Origin: Eledone cirrhosa
Taxonomy: Eukaryota
Assembly: GCA_964016885.1 (NCBI GenBank)
Contig: OZ024748.1
Location: forward strand, 36,208,001 to 36,272,000
Length of the DNA stretch: 64,000 nucleotides
Direction: 5' to 3'
The translations under genes and the position numbers were made by a program. Of this stretch, positions 26,500-39,620 are shown piece by piece (within the stretch, counting starts at the first letter, position 1; each line of letters starts with the position of its first letter). The notes below the pieces were generated by a model. That model had not been told where the DNA came from and ran no database searches. It was given only the letters and a program-made list of their open reading frames with translations.

Positions 26500-29400
26500 G
26501 TCTTCTCTTGATAAAACACACTGACATTGGTTGTCTTCTGTCTTGATAAAACACACTGACATTGGTTGTCTTCTGTATTGATAAAACACTGTCTTGATAA
26601 AACACACTGACATTGGTTGTCTTCTGTCTTGATAAAACACACTGACATTGGCTGTCTTCTGTCTTGATAAAACACACTGACATTGGTTGTCTTCTGTCTT
26701 GATAAAACACACATACATTGGTTGTCTTCTGTCTTGATAAAACACACAGACATTGGTTGTCTTCTGTCTTGATAAAACACACTGACATTGGTTGTCTTCT
26801 GTCTTGATAAAACACACTGACATTGGTTGTCTTCTGTCTTGATAAAACACACAGACATTGGCTGTCTTCTGTCTTGATAAAACACACAGACATTGGTTGT
26901 CTTCTGTCTTGATAAAACACACTGACATTGGTTGTCGTCTCTTGATAAAACACACATACATTGGTTGTCTTCTGTCTCGATAAAACACACAGACATTGGT
27001 TGTCTTCTGTCTTGATAAAACACACTGACATTGGTTGTCTTCTCTTGATAAAACACACTGACATTGGTTGTCTTCTGTCTTGATAAAACACACTGACATT
27101 GGTTGTCTTCTGTCTTGATAAAACACACAGACATTGGTTGTCTTCTGTCTTGATAAAACACACTGACATTGGTTGTCTTCTGTCTTGATAAAACACACTG
27201 ACATTGGTTGTCTTCTCTTGATAAAACACACTGACATTGGTTGTCTTCTGTCTTGATAAAACACACTGACATTGGTTGTCTTTTCTTGATAAAACACACT
27301 GACATTGGTTGTCTTCTCTTGATTAAACACATTGACGTAGGTTGTCTTCTGTCTTGATAAAACACACTGACTTTGGTTGTCTTTTGTCTTGATAAAACAC
27401 ACTGACATTGGTTGTCTTCTGTCTTGATAAAAGACACAGATATTGGTTGTCTTCTCTTGATAAAACACACTGACATTGGTTGTCTTCTATCTTGATAAAA
27501 CACACTGACATTGGTTGTCTTCTCTTGATAAAACACACTGACATTGCTTGTCTTCTGTCTTGATAAAACACACTGACATTGGTTGTCTTCTCTTGATAAA
27601 ACACACTGACATTGGTTGTCTTCTCTTGATTAAACACATTGACGTAGGTTGTCTTCTCTTGATAAAACACATTGACATTGGTTGTCTTCTGTCTTGATAA
27701 AACACACTGACATTGGTTGTCTTCTGTCTTGATAAAACACAGACATTGGTTGTCTTCTCTTGATAAAACACACTGACATTGGTTGTCTTCTCTTGATAAA
27801 ACACACTGACATTGGTTGTCTTCTCTTGATAAAACACACGGACATTGGTTGTCTTCTGTCTTGATAAAACACACTGACATTGGTTGTCTTCTCTTGATAA
27901 AACACACTGACATTGGTTGTCTTCTGTCTTGATGAAACACACTGACATTGGTTGTCTTCTCTTGATAAAACACACTGACATTGGTTGTCTTCTGTCTTGA
28001 TAAAACACACTGACATTGGTTGTCTTTTCTTGATAAAACACACAGACATTGGTTGCCTTCTGTCTCGATAAAACACACTGACATTGGTTGTCTTCTCTTG
28101 ATAAAACACACTGACAATGGTTGTCTTCTGTCTTGATAAAACACTGACATTGGTTGTCTTCTGTCTTGATAAAACACACAGACATTGGTTGTCTTCTGTC
28201 TTCATAAAACACACTGACATTGGTTGTCTTCTGTCTTGATAAAACACACTGACATTGGTTGTCTTCTGTCTTGATAAAACACACTGACATTGGTTGTCTT
28301 CTATCTTGATAAAACACACTGACATTGGTTGTCTTCTGTCTTGATAAAACACACTTGAATTGGTTGTCTTCTGTCTTGATAAAACACACTGACATTGGTT
28401 GTCTTCTGTCTTGATAAAACACACAGACATTGGTTGTCTTCTGTCTTGATAAAACACACTGACATTGGTTGTCTTCTCTTGATAAAACACACTGACATTG
28501 GTTGTCTTCTGTCTTGATAAAACACACTGACATTGGTTGTCTTCTGTATTGATAAAACACTGTCTTGATAAAACACACTGACATTGGTTGTCTTCTGTCT
28601 TGATAAAACACACTGACATTGGCTGTCTTCTGTCTTGATAAAACACACTGACATTGGTTGTCTTCTGTCTTGATAAAACACACATACATTGGTTGTCTTC
28701 TGTCTTGATAAAACACACAGACATTGGTTGTCTTCTGTCTTGATAAAACACACTGACATTGGTTGTCTTCTGTCTTGATAAAACACACTGACATTGGTTG
28801 TTTTCTGTCTTGATAAAACACACAGACATTGGCTGTCTTCTGTCTTGATAAAACACACAGACATTGGTTGTCTTCTGTCTTGATAAAACACACTGACATT
28901 GGTTGTCTTATGTCTTGATAAAACACACTAACATTGGTTGTCGTCTCTTGATAAAACACACATACATTGGTTGTCTTCTGTCTCGATAAAACACACAGAC
29001 ATTGGTTGTCTTCTGTCTTGATAAAACACACTGACATTGGTTGTCTTCTCTTGATAAAACACACTGACATTGGTTGTCTTCTGTCTTGATAAAACACACT
29101 GACATTGGTTGTCTTCTGTCTTGATAAAACACACAGACATTGGTTGTCTTCTGTCTTGATAAAACACACTGACATTGGTTGTCTTCTGTCTTGATAAAAC
29201 ACACTGACATTGGTTGTCTTCTCTTGATAAAACACACTGACATTGGTTGTCTTCTGTCTTGATAAAACACACTGACATTGGTTGTCTTTTCTTGATAAAA
29301 CACACTGACATTGGTTGTCTTCTCTTGATTAAACACATTGACGTAGGTTGTCTTCTGTCTTGATAAAACACACTGACTTTGGTTGTCTTTTGTCTTGATA

Positions 29401-30361
29401 AAACACACTGACATTGGTTGTCTTCTGTCTTGATAAAAGACACAGATATTGGTTGTCTTCTCTTGATAAAACACACTGACATTGGTTGTCTTCTATCTTG
29501 ATAAAACACACTGACATTGGTTGTCTTCTCTTGATAAAACACACTGACATTGCTTGTCTTCTGTCTTGATAAAACACACTGACATTGGTTGTCTTCTCTT
29601 GATAAAACACACTGACATTGGTTGTCTTCTCTTGATTAAACACATTGACGTAGGTTGTCTTCTCTTGATAAAACACATTGACATTGGTTGTCTTCTGTCT
29701 TGATAAAACACACTGACATTGGTTGTCTTCTGTCTTGATAAAACACAGACATTGGTTGTCTTCTCTTGATAAAACACACTGACATTGGTTGTCTTCTCTT
29801 GATAAAACACACTGACATTGGTTGTCTTCTCTTGATAAAACACACGGACATTGGTTGTCTTCTGTCTTGATAAAACACACTGACATTGGTTGTCTTCTCT
29901 TGATAAAACACACTGACATTGGTTGTCTTCTGTCTTGATGAAACACACTGACATTGGTTGTCTTCTCTTGATAAAACACACTGACATTGGTTGTCTTCTG
30001 TCTTGATAAAACACACTGACATTGGTTGTCTTTTCTTGATAAAACACACAGACATTGGTTGCCTTCTGTCTCGATAAAACACACTGACATTGGTTGTCTT
30101 CTCTTGATAAAACACACTGACAATGGTTGTCTTCTGTCTTGATAAAACACTGACATTGGTTGTCTTCTGTCTTGATAAAACACACAGACATTGGTTGTCT
30201 TCTGTCTTCATAAAACACACTGACATTGGTTGTCTTCTGTCTTGATAAAACACACTGACATTGGTTGTCTTCTGTCTTGATAAAACACACTGACATTGGT
30301 TGTCTTCTATCTTGATAAAACACACTGACATTGGTTGTCTTCTGTCTTGATAAAACACACT
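26500..30361. repeat. Tandem duplication, period 2006 bp (1971 bp in the left portion)
   Basis: Markers TCGTCTC 26935/28941, GACAATGG 28113/30119 and the 16-bp mini-monomer at 26580/28551. Identical ORFs 27323/29329. Confidence 0.88.
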
Positions 30362-33300
30362 GACATTGGTTGTCTTCTGTCTTGATAAAACACACTGACA
30401 TTGGTTGTCTTCTGTCTTGATAAAACACACAGACATTGGTTGTCTTCTGTCTTGATAAAACACACTGACATTGGTTGTCTTCTGTCTTGATAAAACACAC
30501 AGACATTGGTTGTCTTCTGTCTTGATAAAACACACTGACATTGGTTGTCTTCTGTCTTGATAAAACACACTGACATTGGTTGTCTTCTGTCTTGATAAAA
30601 CACACTGACATTGGTTGTCTTCTCTTGATAAAACACATTGACATTGGTTGTCTTCTGTCTTGATAAAACACACTGACATTGGTTGTCTTCTCTTGATAAA
30701 ACACACTGACATTGGTTGTCTTCTGTCTTGATAAAACACACAGACATTGGTTGTCTTCTGTCTTGATAAAACACACTGACATTGGTTGTCTTCTGTCTTG
30801 ATAAAACACACTGACATTGGTTGTCTTCTCTTAATGAAACACACTGACATTGGTTGTCTTCTCTTGATAAAACACACTGACATTGGTTGTCTTCTCTTGA
30901 TTAAACACATTGACGTAGGTTGTTTTCTCTTGATAAAACACACTGACATTGGTTGTCTTCTCTTGATAAAACATACTGACATTGGTTGTCTTCTGTCTTG
31001 ATTAAACACACAGACATTGGTTGTCTTCTGTCTTGACAAAACACACTGACATTGGTTGTCTTCTGTCTTGATAAAACACACTTACATTGGTTGTCTTCTC
31101 TTGATAAAACACACAGGCATTGGTTGTCCTCTCTTGATAAAACACACTGACATTGGTTGTCTTCTCTTGATTAAACACATTGACGTAGGTTGTCTTCCCT
31201 TGATAAAACACATTGACATTGGTTGTCTTCTGTCTTGATAAAACACACTGACATTGGTTGTCTTCTGTCTTGATAAAACACAGACATTGGTTGTCTTCTC
31301 TTGATAAAACACACTGACATTGGTTGTCTTCTCTTGATAAAACACACGGACATTGGTTGTCTTCTGTCTTGATAAAACACACTGACATTGGTTGTCTTCT
31401 CTTGATAAAACACACTGACATTGGTTGTCTTCTGTCTTGATGAATCACACTGACATTGGCTGTCTTCTCTTGATAAAATACACTGACATTGGTTGTCTTC
31501 TCTTGATAAAACACTGACATTGGTTGTCTTCTGTCTTGATAAAACACACTGACATTGGTTGTCTTCTCTTGATAAATCACACTGACATTGGTTGTCTTCT
31601 GTCTTGATAAAACACACTGACATTGGTTGTCTTTCTCTTGTTAAAACACACAGACATTGGTTGTCTTCTCTTGATAAAACACACTGACATTGGTTGTCTT
31701 CTCTTGATAAAACACACTGACATTGGTTGTCTTCTGTCTTGATAAAACACACTGACATTGGTTGTCTTCTCTTGATAAAACACACTGACATTGGTTGTCT
31801 TCTGTCTTGATAAAACACACAGACATTGGCTGTCTTCTGTCTTGATAAAACACACTGACATTGGTTGTCTTCTGTCTTGATAAAACACACTGACATTGGT
31901 TGTCTTCTGTTAATGAAACACACTGACATTGGTTGTCTTCTCTTGATAAAACACACTGACATTGGTTGTCTTCTCTTGATTAAACACATTGACGTAGGTT
32001 GTTTTCTCTTGATAAAACACACTGACATTGGTTGTCTTCTCTTGATAAAACACACTGACATTGGTTGTCTTCTGTCTTGATAAAACACACTGACATTGGT
32101 TGTCTTCTGTCTTGATTAAACACACAGACATTGGTTGTCTTCTGTCTTGATAAAACACACTGACATTGGTTGTCTTCTGTCTTGATAAAACACACTTACA
32201 TTGGTTGTCTTCTCTTGATAAAACACACTGGCATTGGTTGTCTTCTCTTGATAAAACACACTGACATTGGTTGTCTTCTGTTTTGATAAAACACACTGAC
32301 ATTGGTTGTCTTCTCTTGATAAAACACACTGACATTGTTTGTCTTCTCTTGATAAAACACACAGACATTGGTTGTCTTCTGTCTTGATAAAACACACTGA
32401 CATTGGTTGTCTTCTGTCTTGATAAAACACACTGACATTGGTTGTCTTCTCTTGATGAAACACACTGACATTCGTTGTCTTCTCTTGATAAAACACACTG
32501 ACATTGGTTGTCTTCTCTTGATTAAACACATTGACGTAGGTTGTCTTCTGTCTTGATAAAACACACTGACTTTGGTTGTCTTTTGTCGTGATAAAACACA
32601 CTGACATTGGTTGTCTTCTGTCTTGATAAAAGACACAGATATTGGTTGTCTTCTCTTGATAAAACACACTGACATTGGTTGTCTTCTATCTTGATAAAAC
32701 ACACTGACATTGGTTGTCTTCTCTTGATAAAACACACTGACATTGCTTGTCTTCTGTCTTGATAAAACACACTGACATTGGTTGTCTTCTCTTGATAAAA
32801 CACACTGACATTGGTTGTCTTCTCTTGATTAAACACATTGACATAGGTTGTCTTCTCTTGATAAAACACATTGACATTGGTTGTCTTCTGTCTTGATAAA
32901 ACACACTGACATTGGTTGTCTTCTGTCTTGATAAAACACAGACATTGGTTGTCTTCTCTTGATAAAACACACTGACATTGGTTGTCTTCTCTTGATAAAA
33001 CACACTGACATTGGTTGTCTTCTCTTGATAAAACACACGGACATTGGTTGTCTTCTGTCTTGATAAAACACACTGACATTGGTTGTCTTCTCTTGATAAA
33101 ACACACTGACATTGGTTGTCTTCTGTCTTGATGAAACACACTGACATTGGCTGTCTTCTCTTGATAAAATACACTGACATTGGTTGTCTTCTCTTGATAA
33201 AACACTGACATTGGTTGTCTTCTGTCTTGATAAAACACACTGACATTGGTTGTCTTCTCTTGATAAATCACACTGACATTGGTTGTCTTCTGTCTTGATA

Positions 33301-36300
33301 AAACACACTGACATTGGTTGTCTTCTCTTGTTAAAACACACTGACATTGGTTGTCTTCTCTTGATAAAACACACTGACATTGGTTGTCTTCTCTTGATAA
33401 AACACACTGGCATTGGTTGTCTTCTCTTGATAAAACACACTGACATTGGTTGTTTTCTGTCTTGATAAAACACACTGACATTGGTTGTCTTCTGTCTTGA
33501 TAAAACACACTGACATTGGTTGTCTTCTCTTGTTAAAACACACTGACATTGGTTGTCTTCTCTTGATAAAACACACTGACATTGGTTGTCTTCTCTTGAT
33601 AAAACACACTGGCATTGGTTGTCTTCTCTTGATAAAACACACTGACATTGGTTGTCTTCTGTCTTGATAAAACACACTGACATTGGTTGTCTTCTGTCTT
33701 GATTAAACACACAGACATTGGTTGTCTTCTGTCTTGATAAAACACACTGACATTGGTTGTCTTCTGTCTTGATAAAACACACATAGATTGATTGTCTTCT
33801 CTTGATAAAACACACAGACATTGGTTGTCTTCTGTCTCGATAAAACACACTGACATTGGTTGTCTTCTGTCTTGATAAAACACACTGACATTGGTTGTCT
33901 TATGTCTTGATAAAACAAACTAACATTGGTTGTCTTCTCTTGATAAAACACACATACATTGGTTGTCTTCTGTCTCGATAAAACACACAGACATTGGTTG
34001 TCTTCTGTCTTGATAAAACACACTGACATTGGTTGTCTTCTCTTGATAAAACACACTGACATTGGTTGTCTTCTGTCTTGATAAAACACACTGACATTGG
34101 TTGTCTTCTGTCTTGATAAAACACACAGACATTGGTTGTCTTCTGTCTTGATAAAACACACTGACATTGGTTGTCTTCTGTCTTGATAAAACACACTGAC
34201 ATTGGTTGTCTTCTCTTGATAAAACACACTGACATTGGTTGTCTTCTGTCTTGATAAAACACACTGACATTGGTTGTCTTTTCTTGATAAAACACACTGA
34301 CATTGGTTGTCTTCTCTTGATTAAACACATTGACGTAGGTTGTCTTCTGTCTTGATAAAACACACTGACTTTGGTTGTCTTTTGTCTTGATAAAACACAC
34401 TGACATTGGTTGTCTTCTGTCTTGATAAAAGACACAGATTTTGGTTGTCTTCTCTTGATAAAACACACTGACATTGGTTGTCTTCTATCTTGATAAAACA
34501 CACTGACATTGGTTGTCTTCTCTTGATAAAACACACTGACATTGCTTGTCTTCTGTCTTGATAAAACACACTGACATTGGTTGTCTTCTCTTGATAAAAC
34601 ACACTGACATTGGTTGTCTTCTCTTGATTAAACACATTGACGTAGGTTGTCTTCTCTTGATAAAACACATTGACATTGGTTGTCTTCTGTCTTGATAAAA
34701 CACACTGACATTGGTTGTCTTCTGTCTTGATAAAACACAGACATTGGTTGTCTTCTCTTGATAAAACACACTGACATTGGTTGTCTTCTCTTGATAAAAC
34801 ACACTGACATTGGTTGTCTTCTCTTGATAAAACACACGGACATTGGTTGTCTTCTGTCTTGATAAAACACACTGACATTGGTTGTCTTCTCTTGATAAAA
34901 CACACTGACATTGGTTGTCTTCTGTCTTGATGAAACACACTGACATTGGTTGTCTTCTCTTGATAAAACACACTGACATTGGTTGTCTTCTGTCTTGATA
35001 AAACACACTGACATTGGTTGTCTTTTCTTGATAAAACACACAGACATTGGTTGCCTTCTGTCTCGATAAAACACACTGACATTGGTTGTCTTCTCTTGAT
35101 AAAACACACTGACATTGGTTGTCTTCTGTCTTGATAAATCACTGACATTGGTTGTCTTCTGTCTTGATAAAACACACAGACATTGGTTGTCTTCTGTCTT
35201 CATAAAACACACTGACATTGGTTGTCTTCTGTCTTGATAAAACACACTGACATTGGTTGTCTTCTGTCTTGATAAAACACACTGACATTGGTTGTCTTCT
35301 ATCTTGATAAAACACACTGACATTGGTTGTCTTCTGTCTTGATAAAACACACTGACATTGGTTGTCTTCTGTCTTGATAAAACACACTGACATTGGTTGT
35401 CTTCTGTCTTGATAAAACACACAGACATTGGTTGTCTTCTGTCTTGATAAAACACACTGACATTGGTTGTCTTCTGTCTTGATAAAACACACAGACATTG
35501 GTTGTCTTCTGTCTTGATAAAACACACTGACATTGGTTGTCTTCTGTCTTGATAAAACACACTGACATTGGTTGTCTTCTGTCTTGATAAAACACACTGA
35601 CATTGGTTGTCTTCTCTTGATAAAACACATTGACATTGGTTGTCTTCTGTCTTGATAAAACACACTGACATTGGTTGTCTTCTCTTGATAAAACACACTG
35701 ACATTGGTTGTCTTCTGTCTTGATAAAACACACAGATATTGGTTGTCTTCTGTCTTGATAAAACACACTGACATTGGTTGTCTTCTATCTTGATAAAACA
35801 CACTGACATTGGTTGTCTTCTGTCTTGATAAAACACACTGACATTGGTTGTCTTCTGTCTTGATAAAACACACTTACATTGGTTGTCTTCTCTTGATAAA
35901 ACACACAGGCATTGGTTGTCCTCTCTTGATAAAACACACTGACATTGGTTGTCTTCTCTTGATTAAACACATTGACGTAGGTTGTCTTCCCTTGATAAAA
36001 CACATTGACATTGGTTGTCTTCTGTCTTGATAAAACACACTGACATTGGTTGTCTTCTGTCTTGATAAAACACAGACATTGGTTGTCTTCTCTTGATAAA
36101 ACACACTGACATTGGTTGTCTTCTCTTGATAAAACACACTGACATTGGTTGTCTTCTCTTGATAAAACACACTGACATTGGTTGTCTTCTGTCTTGATGA
36201 ATCACACTGACATTGGCTGTCTTCTCTTGATAAAATACACTGACATTGGTTGTCTTCTCTTGATAAAACACTGACATTGGTTGTCTTCTGTCTTGATAAA

Positions 36301-38520
36301 ACACACTGACATTGGTTGTCTTCTCTTGATAAATCACACTGACATTGGTTGTCTTCTGTCTTGATAAAACACACTGACATTGGTTGTCTTTCTCTTGTTA
36401 AAACACACAGACATTGGTTGTCTTCTCTTGATAAAACACACTGACATTGGTTGTCTTCTCTTGATAAAACACACTGACATTGGTTGTCTTCTGTCTTGAT
36501 AAAACACACTGACATTGGTTGTCTTCTCTTGATAAAACACACTGACATTGGTTGTCTTCTGTCTTGATAAAACACACAGACATTGGCTGTCTTCTGTCTT
36601 GATAAAACACACTGACATTGGTTGTCTTCTGTCTTGATAAAACACACTGACATTGGTTGTCTTCTCTTAATGAAACACACTGACATTGGTTGTCTTCTCT
36701 TGATAAAACACACTGACATTGGTTGTCTTCTCTTGATTAAACACATTGACGTAGGTTGTTTTCTCTTGATAAAACACACTGACATTGGTTGTCTTCTCTT
36801 GATAAAACACACTGACATTGGTTGTCTTCTGTCTTGATAAAACACACTGACATTGGTTGTCTTCTGTCTTGATTAAACACACAGACATTGGTTGTCTTCT
36901 GTCTTGATAAAACACACTGACATTGGTTGTCTTCTGTCTTGATAAAACACACTTACATTGGTTGTCTTCTCTTGATAAAACACACTGGCATTGGTTGTCT
37001 TCTCTTGATAAAACACACTGACATTGGTTGTCTTCTGTTTTGATAAAACACACTGACATTGGTTGTCTTCTCTTGATAAAACACACTGACATTGTTTGTC
37101 TTCTCTTGATAAAACACACAGACATTGGTTGTCTTCTGTCTTGATAAAACACACTGACATTGGTTGTCTTCTGTCTTGATAAAACACACTGACATTGGTT
37201 GTCTTCTCTTGATGAAACACACTGACATTGGTTGTCTTCTCTTGATAAAACACACTGACATTGGTTGTCTTCTCTTGATTAAACACATTGACGTAGGTTG
37301 TCTTCTGTCTTGATAAAACACACTGACTTTGGTTGTCTTTTGTCGTGATAAAACACACTGACATTGGTTGTCTTCTGTCTTGATAAAAGACACAGATATT
37401 GGTTGTCTTCTCTTGATAAAACACACTGACATTGGTTGTCTTCTATCTTGATAAAACACACTGACATTGGTTGTCTTCTCTTGATAAAACACACTGACAT
37501 TGCTTGTCTTCTGTCTTGATAAAACACACTGACATTGGTTGTCTTCTCTTGATAAAACACACTGACATTGGTTGTCTTCTCTTGATTAAACACATTGACG
37601 TAGGTTGTCTTCTCTTGATAAAACACATTGACATTGGTTGTCTTCTGTCTTGATAAAACACACTGACATTGGTTGTCTTCTGTCTTGATAAAACACAGAC
37701 ATTGGTTGTCTTCTCTTGATAAAACACACTGACATTGGTTGTCTTCGCTTGATAAAACACACTGACATTGGTTGTCTTCTCTTGATAAAACACACGGACA
37801 TTGGTTGTCTTCTGTCTTGATAAAACACACTGACATTGGTTGTCTTCTCTTGATAAAACACACTGACATTGGTTGTCTTCTGTCTTGATGAAACACACTG
37901 ACATTGGCTGTCTTCTCTTGATAAAATACACTGACATTGGTTGTCTTCTCTTGATAAAACACTGACATTGGTTGTCTTCTGTCTTGATAAAACACACTGA
38001 CATTGGTTGTCTTCTCTTGATAAATCACACTGACATTGGTTGTCTTCTGTCTTGATAAAACACACTGACATTGGTTGTCTTCTCTTGTTAAAACACACTG
38101 ACATTGGTTGTCTTCTCTTGATAAAACACACTGACATTGGTTGTCTTCTCTTGATAAAACACACTGGCATTGGTTGTCTTCTCTTGATAAAACACACTGA
38201 CATTGGTTGTTTTCTGTCTTGATAAAACACACTGACATTGGTTGTCTTCTGTCTTGATAAAACACACTGACATTGGTTGTCTTCTCTTGTTAAAACACAC
38301 TGACATTGGTTGTCTTCTCTTGATAAAACACACTGACATTGGTTGTCTTCTCTTGATAAAACACACTGGCATTGGTTGTCTTCTCTTGATAAAACACACT
38401 GACATTGGTTGTCTTCTGTCTTGATAAAACACACTGACATTGGTTGTCTTCTGTCTTGATAAAACACACTGACATTGGTTGTCTTCTGTCTTGATAAAAC
38501 ACACTTAGATTGATTGTCTT
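28900..38520. repeat. Tandem duplication of a ~4.8-5.0-kb diverged block (offset steps 4992, 4792, 4757, 4722)
   Basis: ORF pairs 28908/33900, 30307/35299, 31056/35848, 31577/36334, 32522/37279 and 33485/38242. Terminal marker TAGATTGATT at 33784/38506. Confidence 0.88.
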
Positions 38521-38524
38521 CTCT

Positions 38525-39620
38525 TGATAAAACACTGACATTGGTTGTCTTGTGTCTTGATAAAACACACAGACATTGGTTGTCTTCTGTCTTGATAAAA
38601 CACACTGACATTGGTTGTCTTCTGTCTTAATAAAACACACTTACATTGGTTGTCTTCTCTTGATAAATCACACTGATATTGGTTGTCTTCTGTCTTGATA
38701 AAACACACTGACATTGGTTGTCTTCTCTTGTTAAAACACACTGATATTGGTTGTCTTCTCTTGATGAAACACACTGACATTGGTTGTCTTCTCTTGATAA
38801 AACACACTGACATTGGTTGTCCTCTCTTGATAAAACACACTGATATTGGTTCTCTTCTCTTGATAAAACACACTGACATTGGTTGTCTTCTCTTGATAAA
38901 ACACACTGACATTGGTTGTCTTCTGTCTTGATAAAACACATTGACATTGGTTGTCTTCTCTTGATAAAACACACTGACATTGGTGGTCTTCTCTTGATAA
39001 AACACACTGACATTGGTTGTCTTCTGTCTTGATAAAACACATTGACGTAGGTTGTCTTCTCTTGATAAAACACACTGACATTGGTTGTCTTCTCTTGATA
39101 AAACACACTGACATTGGTTGTCTTCTGTCTTGATAGAACACTGACATTGGTTGTCTTGTGTCTTGATAAAACACACAGACATTGGTTGTCTTCTGTCTTG
39201 ATAAAATACACTGACATTGGTTGTCTTCTGTCTTGATAAAACACACTTACATTGGTTGTCTTCTCTTGATAAATCACACTGATATTGGTTGTCTTCTGTC
39301 TTGATAAAACACACTGACATTGGTTGTCTTCTCTTGTTAAAACACACTGATATTGGTTGTCTTCTCTTGATGAAACAAACTGACATTGGTTGTCTTCTCT
39401 TGATAAAACACACTGACATTGGTTGTCCTCTCTTGATAAAACACACTGATATTGGTTCTCTTCTCTTGATAAAACACACTGACATTGGTTGTCTTCTCTT
39501 GATAAAACACACTGACATTGGTTGTCTTCTGTCTTGATAAAACACATTGACATTGGTTGTCTTCTCTTGATAAAACACACTGACATTGGTGGTCTTCTCT
39601 TGATAAAACACACTGACATT
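38525..39620. repeat. Tandem duplication, period 606 bp
   Basis: Markers CTTGTGTC 38549/39155 and GGTGGTC 38982/39588. ORFs 38683/39289. Confidence 0.85.
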
